From Dehalococcoidia bacterium (GTDB lineage Bacteria > Chloroflexota > Dehalococcoidia > GIF9 > AB-539-J10): DNA of 64,000 nt. The notes under the pieces are model-generated. The model worked only from the letters and a program-made list of their open reading frames with translations, ran no database searches and was not told the DNA's origin. A program made the position numbers and the translations under genes. The stretch is from the NCBI GenBank assembly GCA_030615625.1, contig JAUWYX010000002.1, positions 82,722 to 146,721 of the forward strand, written 5' to 3'. Of this stretch, positions 56,410 through 64,000 are shown one piece after another; within the stretch, counting starts at the first letter, position 1, and every line of letters begins with the position of its first letter.

Positions 56410-57993
56410 ATGAAGATAATACTTAGCTCGAGGAGACGCCACTACGTGAAAAGACTTGGCATCTTTTTGATTACGGTAGCCTTAATTGTGGGAATAGCAG
56501 GCTGTGAGGGTAGTTGTAGTTCTACTCCTGTTCAATACGATCTCACCACCTCCAGTACTGCAGGCGGCGACGTAGTTATCTCCGGTGAGGGAACTTATGC
56601 CGATGGAGCAATAGTCACCATGGAGGCCGTGGCGGATGAGTGTTACGAGTTCGTCAACTGGACCGGCGCAGACGTCGCCGACCCCTACTCTCCCATAACC
56701 ACCATCACTATGGATGAAGCTAAGAGTATAACCGCCAATTTTGCCCTGCTGAGCTACGACCTTACAGCAGACAGCACAGATGGTGGCGAGGTAACCACTC
56801 CTGGCGAGGGGACTTTTACCTATGACTGCGGCACGGTGGTTGACCTGGTGGCGACTCCAGATGCTTACTACGGGTTTGTCGAGTGGACCGGCGATGTGGA
56901 CACCATCGCCGATGTTTATGCTGCCTCAACCGCCATCACCATGAACGGCGACTATTCTATCACCGCTAACTTCATCCTGTTCGCCGGAGGGAACGGAACA
57001 GCCGAGAATCCCTATCAGATTGCGGATTGGTACCACCTTGATAATGTCCGCAATTATCTAAGCAGCTACTTTATCGTCATAAACGACCTCGATTCCAACT
57101 CTATTGGCTATACAGAGCTGGCGAGTGAGACAAGCCACGAAGGAAAAGGCTGGGAGCCAATTGGAAGTATTGCTGTAAATGACGCATTCGTCGGCAGCTT
57201 CGACGGTCAGGGGTACGAGATATGCGACCTGTTTATCGACCGCCCTGACGAATCTGATGTGGGGCTCTTCGGTGTTGTTGAAGAATTAGGGGTCATCGAG
57301 AATGTCGGCGTAGTAGTAAACGGCAATGTGACTGGCCAAGACGATGTTGGCGTTCTGGTGGGAAAGAATGAGGGCACTGTAAGCAACTCCTGTTCCACCG
57401 GCAATGTGACTGGCAACCTCAATGTTGGCGGTCTGGTGGGATGGAATTTTAAGGGCACTGTCACCGACACCTATTCCACCGGCAATGTAACTGGCCTAGA
57501 CAATGTTGGCGGTCTGGTGGGATGGAATACGGGCACTATGAGCAACTCCTATTCCACGGGCGGCGTGACTGGCAATACGAGTGTTGGCGGTCTGACCGGA
57601 AAGAATGGCGGCACTGCGAGCAACTCCTATGCCACCGGCAGCGTGACTGGTGATGATAATGTCGGTGGTCTGGTGGGAAAGAATGACAACACTGGCACTG
57701 TTAGCAACTCCTATTCCACTGGCAGTGTGACTGGCAATACGCATGTTGGCGGTCTGATGGGAAGGAATCAGGGCACTGAGAGCAACTCCTTCTGGGACAC
57801 CGAGACCAGCGGACAAGCTACTTCAGATGGAGGGGACGGCAAGACCACCGCGGAAATGCAGGACATCACCACCTTCTCAGGAGCAGGCTGGGACATAATC
57901 ACAGTCGCCAATCCTGGCACGCGCAACCCTTCCTACATCTGGAATATCGTTAACACTGTGACTTATCCATTCCTGAGCTGGCAGCCTGTTTAA
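56410..57993 (+). CDS. Lipoprotein with two InlB-B-type repeats and tandem GLUG-motif repeats
   Basis: Lipobox LIVGIAGC. Two ~80-aa repeats (FVNWTGADV...ITANF and FVEWTGDV...ITANF). It also has at least six GLUG-type repeats (VGGLVGxNxGTxSNSYSTGxVTG). Confidence 0.65.
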   Translation: MKIILSSRRRHYVKRLGIFLITVALIVGIAGCEGSCSSTPVQYDLTTSSTAGGDVVISGEGTYADGAIVTMEAVADECYEFVNWTGADVADPYSPITTITMDEAKSITANFALLSYDLTADSTDGGEVTTPGEGTFTYDCGTVVDLVATPDAYYGFVEWTGDVDTIADVYAASTAITMNGDYSITANFILFAGGNGTAENPYQIADWYHLDNVRNYLSSYFIVINDLDSNSIGYTELASETSHEGKGWEPIGSIAVNDAFVGSFDGQGYEICDLFIDRPDESDVGLFGVVEELGVIENVGVVVNGNVTGQDDVGVLVGKNEGTVSNSCSTGNVTGNLNVGGLVGWNFKGTVTDTYSTGNVTGLDNVGGLVGWNTGTMSNSYSTGGVTGNTSVGGLTGKNGGTASNSYATGSVTGDDNVGGLVGKNDNTGTVSNSYSTGSVTGNTHVGGLMGRNQGTESNSFWDTETSGQATSDGGDGKTTAEMQDITTFSGAGWDIITVANPGTRNPSYIWNIVNTVTYPFLSWQPV

Positions 57994-58005
57994 TACAACT
58001 AGCAC

Positions 58006-58342
58006 TCAGACCAGAACTGCAAATTCCCCGTGGTTGGGCTCTGCCGATGGTTTCGCAAAATCAAACCATACCCACCGGGTCGACATCTATAGTCCAGCCC
58101 CGCGGCAAAGTGAGCCGGGATAACATCCGAGTTGGGCTAGGACCACGGAGGAAGAGTTGCCAGCGATACCTGCCCCTGGCTCTGAAGGCAAAAGTAGGCA
58201 CAGGACCAATTACATTGAAATCAATCATGTCCTTTCTTGCCTTTTCATCAAGAATTAGACGATACACCCTCTCTGCCTCACGGCGACATAACTCTTCATT
58301 GGTGTGGCTATAAACCAGGCGGACTAACTGGCTAAAAGGGGG
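58006..58342 (-). pseudogene. Element 2 copy: duplicated 3' fragment of priA (last ~94 codons) plus downstream sequence
   Basis: The reverse strand encodes PPFSQLVRLVYSHTNEELCRREAERVYRLILDEKARKDMIDFNVIGPVPTFAFRARGRYRWQLFLRGPSPTRMLSRLTLPRGWTIDVDPVGMV*. This is ~90% identical to the native PriA C-terminus at 61611-61892. The ORF 58061..58267 is part of it. Confidence 0.7.
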
Positions 58343-58378
58343 GGAGCAGCTCGTAATGATGGAAGGGGAGCATAAACA

Positions 58379-58408
58379 GAGAGCCGAGGCTCAAAAGCCT
58401 CGGCTCTC
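58379..58408. repeat. Palindromic hairpin element (13-bp perfect stem GAGAGCCGAGGCT / AGCCTCGGCTCTC, loop CAAA)
   Basis: Second copy of the GAGCCGAGGCT palindrome seen at 43690-43714. It sits between element 2 and the acylase stop. Confidence 0.5.
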
Positions 58409-58484
58409 CATACCAGCCCTGGCTAGCAGTCGGAATGGGCTACACCCACCAGACTTTCGAATCCTGTGGCCGTAGCTTTAATTT

Positions 58485-61001
58485 CTAGAACACCCTCCTC
58501 CATGTTTCCACTGCCTCGATATCCTTACTGCGGAATAACATGTGCTTGTATTGCCAGGCTGCGTACAGCGGCAATTGGTCGAACGCATAAGGGCTGGGAC
58601 CTAGAAAACTCACAAACCCGCTCTGTCCGGGCGGAATCACACTTACCGCATGTGGTGGTGGTCCCTTCGCTCCTGCACCTGGTTTTGCATGTGACGGTGG
58701 CTTTGAGGGCATTTCGGCGATGTGATTGTAGGTGCCGCGGTTCATATAGGGATGGCTGGCCGGGTCCCCTGGTAGAGCTCCCTGCTCGTCATAAGTCTGC
58801 ATGCTCACCGGGGTAAGCCAGGTGGACATATCTTCGCCATATGCGAGCTTCAGGTCATCAATAGCATCTTTCAGCGCGCCGACAATCAGTGCATCCAGTG
58901 CGGCGTCAGAGGGATACCCAGGGTAGTTGAGGGAGCCATCGTCCCTGAAGACGCGGAGTAAGAGGCTGGGCCTACCCTTTATCTGCCCGATTATGTCGGG
59001 TGAAAGGATACCGGCAAACACTGCGGGAACGATTCTGTCATACCAGGAGTTAAAGATGGTCAGACCAGCATGGTCGTACGTGGGATTGGGGTCAGTAGGC
59101 CATTTGGGTGACACAAGGTCGACATAGCTAACAGGAAGAGGTGTTGCGGTAGCCCAGGCTAAGAGGTACCCTAGTGCTCCCTCGACCTCTGGGTCAGTGG
59201 TTGTTCCCAAGTAGGCTGTGACCACGGCTATCAGATCCGCGACGAAGTTCATTCCGTTGATATTGTTGTATCCCGCAATCTGGTTAATCATGTTCATGTC
59301 GTCGAATGTCACGTCTCCCCTTGGAGCGTAATAATCAGCTAGAACATTCATCAGAATCTGTACACGGTGACCCTCGCCCCAGCCAAAATCTGATTCTGCA
59401 TAGGGCCAGTCGGCGATTGGCTTGTTGTTCCAGTTGGTAAGCCAGCCCTGCTCGGGGTTGATGACCCTGGGCATCTCTTCAGGGCCTGTGACACGAACCC
59501 ACTCTTGTGTTCCGTCACCCATCAAGGGCAACCTGCGATCAGCATCTACCGGCTTTACCGGGAAGCGCCCAGCATGCCAGTAGCCTATGTTCCCTTCCCT
59601 GTCAGCCCAGCAGAAGTTGTGGGAAGGCCATATCAGTTCCACTGCCGCCTCAAATTCCTCAATGTTCGTTGCCTCCTGGAAGAGCTGCCAACCTTGCTCG
59701 GCACCAATCTCATTCCTGTAGAAGGGGGTATGCAGGGTAATAGCCGTGCCCGCAGCTATGCCGACGATAGGACCATAGTGCGAGCGATAAAAGGTCTCCG
59801 TCACCGGTCCCGGTAGCCCCTGAACCTGGAATGTCTCTGTTCTAACTTCCATGTCACGCCAGTTACCTTCGTACAAATACTGTAATGGGTTCTCAGGATT
59901 CAGCACCAGGATGCGTATGTCTATGACATCGGAAGAACCGGTGGTTGACGTCCAGGCGCCATGTTCGCTGACACCAATCAAAATGAATGGACCGGATCCG
60001 GGGAATGCCATACCCTGGGCACTGATTCCCGCGCCATGCAACCCTATCTCGTAAACGATTTGCGGAATCGTATGCCCCATCTGCGGTCCTCCCAGTTCAA
60101 GTGCGTTCCCAGTTGCCGACAATTCCGGACTGATAAGCACGGCGTTGCTTCCAAATTTTGTCGGCATACCCAGCGACTCAAGCGTTTCATCCTGAGCTGC
60201 CCGCGACTCCTCATACTGCTCAAGGAGTCCGCTGACGCCATCGGGGAAGTCGAACGAAGGCATACTCAAGAAAGTCGCTCCATAAGCCTCGTCGGCTATG
60301 GTCACAGGTGCTCCAGGGTCATTCAGTGGGAAGAGCTCGTTCCAGATGAGCCCTCCACTCGCTGGGCCATGCATTCCCTGAAGCGTAAGTAGAGCTTCGT
60401 AGAAAGCGCCCTCGTTGCCGCCTGTTCCGCCAAATTGCCAGGCCATCAGCACTGTAACGGCTACCACATCTGCGACGCTAAAGGGCTCAAGTTTATCAAC
60501 TAGCTCCATCCCGATATATTCAACAGGTATAAGGGATAGGTCGCCCTGAGCTGCTGCAGCTAAGGCCTCGGAAATGTAAAGATTTATGCCGTCTACGTAA
60601 GCCTCAATCATCGGCTTGAGATGTTCGTAGCCTTCGCCCGGGTCCCACTCCTCATAAATTTGCAGTAACTCGTCCTGGTTATACCACAACGCTCTCATTT
60701 CCATATCCTGCGGGAGGACGCTTGGGCCTAGTAATTCAGCAAGACGTCCGGAAGCCATTCTCCTGAAGACGTCGGCCTGCCAGAGTCTGTCTTGAGCCAT
60801 GGCATAGCCAGTTCCAAAGCCCAAACCCTCTTTCGTATCCGAGAAAACATGGGGAACTCCATAATCGTCTCTTATGATCCGGAGGTAGCGCCAAGGATGC
60901 CCATCAGCCGTACCGGCGGCCACGCCAGGTAATGGAAAGGTGCTGATTACGAGCACAACGATCAATAGGACTGCTAATATCGATATCTTGGCTTTAGACA
61001 T
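58485..61001 (-). CDS. Secreted penicillin amidase (peptidase S45, Ntn-hydrolase) family protein
   Basis: Signal peptide. YLRIIRDDYGVPHVFSDTKEGLGFGTGYAMAQDRLWQADVFRRMASGRLAELLG matches the S45 N-terminal signature (RDxxGVPHI...GYxxAQDRLxQM...RRxAxGxLSE); 838 aa. Confidence 0.8.
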   Translation of the reverse strand: MSKAKISILAVLLIVVLVISTFPLPGVAAGTADGHPWRYLRIIRDDYGVPHVFSDTKEGLGFGTGYAMAQDRLWQADVFRRMASGRLAELLGPSVLPQDMEMRALWYNQDELLQIYEEWDPGEGYEHLKPMIEAYVDGINLYISEALAAAAQGDLSLIPVEYIGMELVDKLEPFSVADVVAVTVLMAWQFGGTGGNEGAFYEALLTLQGMHGPASGGLIWNELFPLNDPGAPVTIADEAYGATFLSMPSFDFPDGVSGLLEQYEESRAAQDETLESLGMPTKFGSNAVLISPELSATGNALELGGPQMGHTIPQIVYEIGLHGAGISAQGMAFPGSGPFILIGVSEHGAWTSTTGSSDVIDIRILVLNPENPLQYLYEGNWRDMEVRTETFQVQGLPGPVTETFYRSHYGPIVGIAAGTAITLHTPFYRNEIGAEQGWQLFQEATNIEEFEAAVELIWPSHNFCWADREGNIGYWHAGRFPVKPVDADRRLPLMGDGTQEWVRVTGPEEMPRVINPEQGWLTNWNNKPIADWPYAESDFGWGEGHRVQILMNVLADYYAPRGDVTFDDMNMINQIAGYNNINGMNFVADLIAVVTAYLGTTTDPEVEGALGYLLAWATATPLPVSYVDLVSPKWPTDPNPTYDHAGLTIFNSWYDRIVPAVFAGILSPDIIGQIKGRPSLLLRVFRDDGSLNYPGYPSDAALDALIVGALKDAIDDLKLAYGEDMSTWLTPVSMQTYDEQGALPGDPASHPYMNRGTYNHIAEMPSKPPSHAKPGAGAKGPPPHAVSVIPPGQSGFVSFLGPSPYAFDQLPLYAAWQYKHMLFRSKDIEAVETWRRVF

Positions 61002-61610
61002 TTTCCATCACTCTCCTTTCCTTTTGTAATAGTTCGCCCTGAAACGTAGTTTAGCCTCTCTGAAATCTCAGTCCATAGTACATCACCCCCTCGCTGTCAA
61101 GCCTCCATCACCAGTCATCACCCCAACCAGCACAGGCACGAGCGTAATCCCAAAGATTCTGGCTGTCACCTGCCTTCTTCCCATTGTCGTACATCCCTTG
61201 CTCATTGTTTTACATTTATCCTCCTCCCTCGACAGAGCTTCAGCGTGAGCTCAGTCGCACGCCCCGGACAGGTTCTTATCCTTCTTCCCTCAAGCGGAAG
61301 GGGATTGCTTGGGCTATGCCTGGCATGGCCTGGGATTTCGAATGGGAGGATAGATTTTGCCGTGGCTGGGAAAAAAGAGCCGAGACTACATGTCTATATG
61401 CGCTCAACTGAATCTGATGAGGACTAAAGTAACCCCTGACACACACTCTTGACCCCCACTTTTGTATTATTTTATAGTACCACCATCAACAGAAATTTGT
61501 CAACAGGTCTTAACCATGTGGATAAGTAGAAAGCAGCCATATACTCGGCAATAAGAAGAACAAAATGGGAAAGCCCAATATTGATTATCCCCTGAGAAAT
61601 GTCTGTAGAA

Positions 61611-64000
61611 TCAAACCATCCCTACGGGGTCGACATCTATAGTCCAGCCCCGCGGCAAAGTGAACCGGGATAACATCCGGGTTGAGTCAGGGCCACGGAG
61701 GAAGAGTTGCCAGCGATACCTGCCCCTGGCCCTGAAGGCAAAAGCGGGCACAGGACCAATTACATTGAAATCAATCATGTCCTCTCTTGCCCTTTCATCA
61801 AGAATTAGACGATGCACCCTCTCTGCCTCACAGCGACATAGCTCCTCATTGGTGTGGCTATAAACCAGGCGGACTAACTGGCTAAAAGGGGGATAATTGT
61901 ATCGGCGGCGATAATCTATTTCTTTATAATAAAAACCAAGATAATCATGCCTGGCAGCAGCTTCAATAATGTAGTTATCGGGGGAGTAAGTCTGGATGAT
62001 GACCTTCCCCGCTTTAACCCCACGCCCCGCCCTGCCAGCTACCTGACACAGGAGTTGAAAAGTGCGCTCGCTACTTCGGAAATCAGGAAAATTAAGGCCG
62101 GTATCGGCACTGATTATCCCGGCCAGGGTCACTTGAGGCAGATCTAATCCTTTGGCTATCATCTGGGTGCCAATAAGCACATCTGCCTTGTGGTCACGAA
62201 AATTCTTTAACAACTCCTCATGAGCATATCTCCTGGTAATCACATCTCTGTCCCAGCGAAGCAATCTTGCTTCAGGGAAGAAATGCCTTATCTCTTCTTC
62301 TACCCTCTGCGTGCCAATGCCCAGAAACCTCAGATAACGCCGAGAACACCGGGGGCAGCTTTGGGGTGCTGGAACAGAATAACGACAGCGATGGCAAATT
62401 AGCCTTTTCTCCGCTGAATGGTAAGTAAGGGCTATGGAGCAGCGGGGGCAGCGAAAGACAAAGCCACAGTTACGACATCGAACAAAGGTAGCTGTGCCCC
62501 GACGGTTAAGGAAAAGAATTATCTGCTCGCCCTGCGCCAAAGTTTCTTTCATGGCAGCTAACAAGGAACGGCTAAACAAGCTTGTGTTTCCGGCTTTAAG
62601 TTCTTCCCTCAAATCCACTATGCTTACTTCGGGGAGAGGGGAATAACCACGAGGAGTAATTCTTTCCTTTAGCTCTACAAGATAATATTCGCCTTGCTGT
62701 GCCTTATGGAAACTGCCAATATCAGGGGTAGCACTGCCCAGGATGACAACAGCATCGCTGAGTTGAGCCAATTCAATGGCCACGTCGCGGGCATGATAGC
62801 GAGGTGACTTATCTTCTTGTTTGTATGTCCATTCATGCTCTTCATCGATAATGATAAGACCGAGGTTGGCCAGGGGCGCAAATAATGCGCTCCTCGGTCC
62901 GATGACGACGTCGCAGTTTCCCTCCACTATCCATTGCCACTCGTCGAACTGTTCTCCCAAGGAAAGGCCACTATGCAGTACTGCCACACGCCCGGGGAAG
63001 CGATCAGCAAATCTCTCTACTGTTTGTTGGGTCAAAGCGATTTCAGGGATAAGACAAATGCCTCGCTTACCGGCGGCAATAACCTGAGCTAATGCCCGCA
63101 GGTAAATCTCAGTCTTTCCGCTGCCAGTAACGCCAAAAAGGAGAAAAACCGGTGGACTGCTAGATTGCCTTGCTTCCTTCACAATGACATCTTGGATCGA
63201 TTCCCAAGCAGTTTGTTGAGATGAGGTGAGAATCGGAGCTGGAGAAGTTGTGAGGCTGAGGTGAGATAAGGGGTCACGTCTTACCCTGAGCCTTTCCACT
63301 GAGACCAAATGGCGGCTCTCCAGGGCTTTGATAGTGGCAAGAGAGCTATTGAGACGTTTCCTCAGTTCGCTAATTGAAATAGGTTGAGTCTGCCCGGTCA
63401 GAAATTCTAATAGTTCTGCCTGTTTATAAGCTCTAGACTTATCCAGGCGAGCTTTCTCCGCTTCAATTTCTTCTCTGTCAGCTATTAACTTAATATAAGG
63501 AAGCGTTTTGGGCTTTATCTTTGCCTTTTCCAATTCCAGAGTTTTTGCAATTAGCTGACGGTCTAGCAACTGGTCGGTAATTTGCTTGGCTTTTCTTTTG
63601 CCAATTGCTTTCTCCAGCTCAGCCAAGCTTGTCTTCCCCTCCCTTCTCATAATGTGCAGGATTTGCCTTTGCTCGGGTGTCAGGGGCAAATCTACTTGGG
63701 AATCTGTTAGCTGAAAGCAAGTAATAGCCCGTCTCTCAAATCCCGGAGGCAGCATTAAAGCCAGGGCATCGAAAAGGGGGGCAAAATAGTGTTCGCTTAT
63801 CCACTGGGCAAGCTTTATTTGTATCGGGGAAAGCAAAGGAAAATCAGTAACAATGCCAGCTATTTCCTTAGTTTCTTCAACCGATGGCTCGTCTGATAAT
63901 CGGAGCACAATCCCCTGAATAACCCTGGAGCCAAAGGGCACCCATACTGCTTGCCCGGCACTAATATTGAGCCCTGGCGGTATGGCATAGCAAAAAGTTG
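61611..64000 (-). CDS. priA: Primosomal protein N' (PriA helicase); N-terminus extends beyond the window end
   Basis: VPFGSRVIQGIV N-terminal motif, Walker A GVTGSGKTE, DEAH-like DEEHE, and Cys4 zinc-binding CRNCGFVFRCPRCS...CHRCRY. The frame remains open upstream of 63941 (...AIPPGLNISAGQAVWVPFGSR) to the window edge. Its 3' ~285 bp form the native copy of element 2. Confidence 0.9.
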   Translation of the reverse strand, partial: TFCYAIPPGLNISAGQAVWVPFGSRVIQGIVLRLSDEPSVEETKEIAGIVTDFPLLSPIQIKLAQWISEHYFAPLFDALALMLPPGFERRAITCFQLTDSQVDLPLTPEQRQILHIMRREGKTSLAELEKAIGKRKAKQITDQLLDRQLIAKTLELEKAKIKPKTLPYIKLIADREEIEAEKARLDKSRAYKQAELLEFLTGQTQPISISELRKRLNSSLATIKALESRHLVSVERLRVRRDPLSHLSLTTSPAPILTSSQQTAWESIQDVIVKEARQSSSPPVFLLFGVTGSGKTEIYLRALAQVIAAGKRGICLIPEIALTQQTVERFADRFPGRVAVLHSGLSLGEQFDEWQWIVEGNCDVVIGPRSALFAPLANLGLIIIDEEHEWTYKQEDKSPRYHARDVAIELAQLSDAVVILGSATPDIGSFHKAQQGEYYLVELKERITPRGYSPLPEVSIVDLREELKAGNTSLFSRSLLAAMKETLAQGEQIILFLNRRGTATFVRCRNCGFVFRCPRCSIALTYHSAEKRLICHRCRYSVPAPQSCPRCSRRYLRFLGIGTQRVEEEIRHFFPEARLLRWDRDVITRRYAHEELLKNFRDHKADVLIGTQMIAKGLDLPQVTLAGIISADTGLNFPDFRSSERTFQLLCQVAGRAGRGVKAGKVIIQTYSPDNYIIEAAARHDYLGFYYKEIDYRRRYNYPPFSQLVRLVYSHTNEELCRCEAERVHRLILDERAREDMIDFNVIGPVPAFAFRARGRYRWQLFLRGPDSTRMLSRFTLPRGWTIDVDPVGMV

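Noticed and set aside
58061-58267. 68-aa ORF called on the minus strand
   Set aside because: It is the in-frame tail of the duplicated priA 3' fragment, not an independent gene.
39100-61900. CRISPR array possibility for the recurring intergenic repeats
   Set aside because: The repeats are 130-340 bp, irregularly spaced by whole genes. They are not short regularly interspaced direct repeats with unique spacers. No cas genes are present.
39100-61900. Calling the accessory region a prophage or ICE
   Set aside because: No integrase, transposase, relaxase, capsid or terminase genes are recognisable in the window. Mobility is inferred only from the repeat architecture, so it is reported as a finding rather than as a mobile_element feature.

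Overview
This 64-kb window reads as a bacterial chromosome segment, probably from an anaerobe and possibly a Chloroflexota/Dehalococcoidia-like lineage; the taxon is a weak inference.

The first ~39 kb is a mostly housekeeping backbone:
- polA (3' part) and polX.
- valS, coaBC and coaX.
- etfBA, an EF-G paralogue, gatC-plsY-gatA, and asd with tRNA-Pro, apgM and lysC.
- gyrA and the dnaX-ybaB-recR cluster.
- It is interrupted by a small low-GC island carrying a DUF3800 gene, and by tandem small secreted paralogues.

From about 39.1 kb to 61.9 kb, between recR and priA, lies a mosaic accessory region:
- Two paralogous beta-helix surface proteins.
- A DUF169 protein and a 4-hydroxybutyryl-CoA-dehydratase-family enzyme.
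- A minus-strand gene run: SCP2, SCP2-like, Fe-ADH, DUF4242, tungsten AOR, acyl-CoA ligase and a FrhB-like/HTH fusion. A divergent ThiF/MoaD pair sits beside it.
- A lipoprotein with InlB-B-type and GLUG repeats, and a penicillin-amidase (S45) family protein.

This region is punctuated by two repeat families that I consider the most notable signal:
- Element 2 is a direct repeat that duplicates the 3' end of priA (about 94 codons plus downstream DNA). A degenerate copy lies next to priA and a shorter copy lies about 15 kb away. This is the pattern expected from serial site-specific integrations at the priA 3' end, although no integrase lies in the window.
- Element 1 is a roughly 130-180 bp intergenic element present in 4-5 copies. 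It carries an A-tract, a -35 box and an extended -10 promoter module (GTGATATAAT) upstream of several accessory genes. One copy retains a 3' remnant of the dehydratase-family gene.

Three secreted proteins share a conserved ~85-aa C-terminal module (GCFIATAAYG...LREFRD...SPPIANFI). The two adjacent beta-helix genes share near-identical 5' signal-peptide and 3' (module plus flank) ends around divergent cores.

No CRISPR array, rRNA, transposase or integrase was seen.
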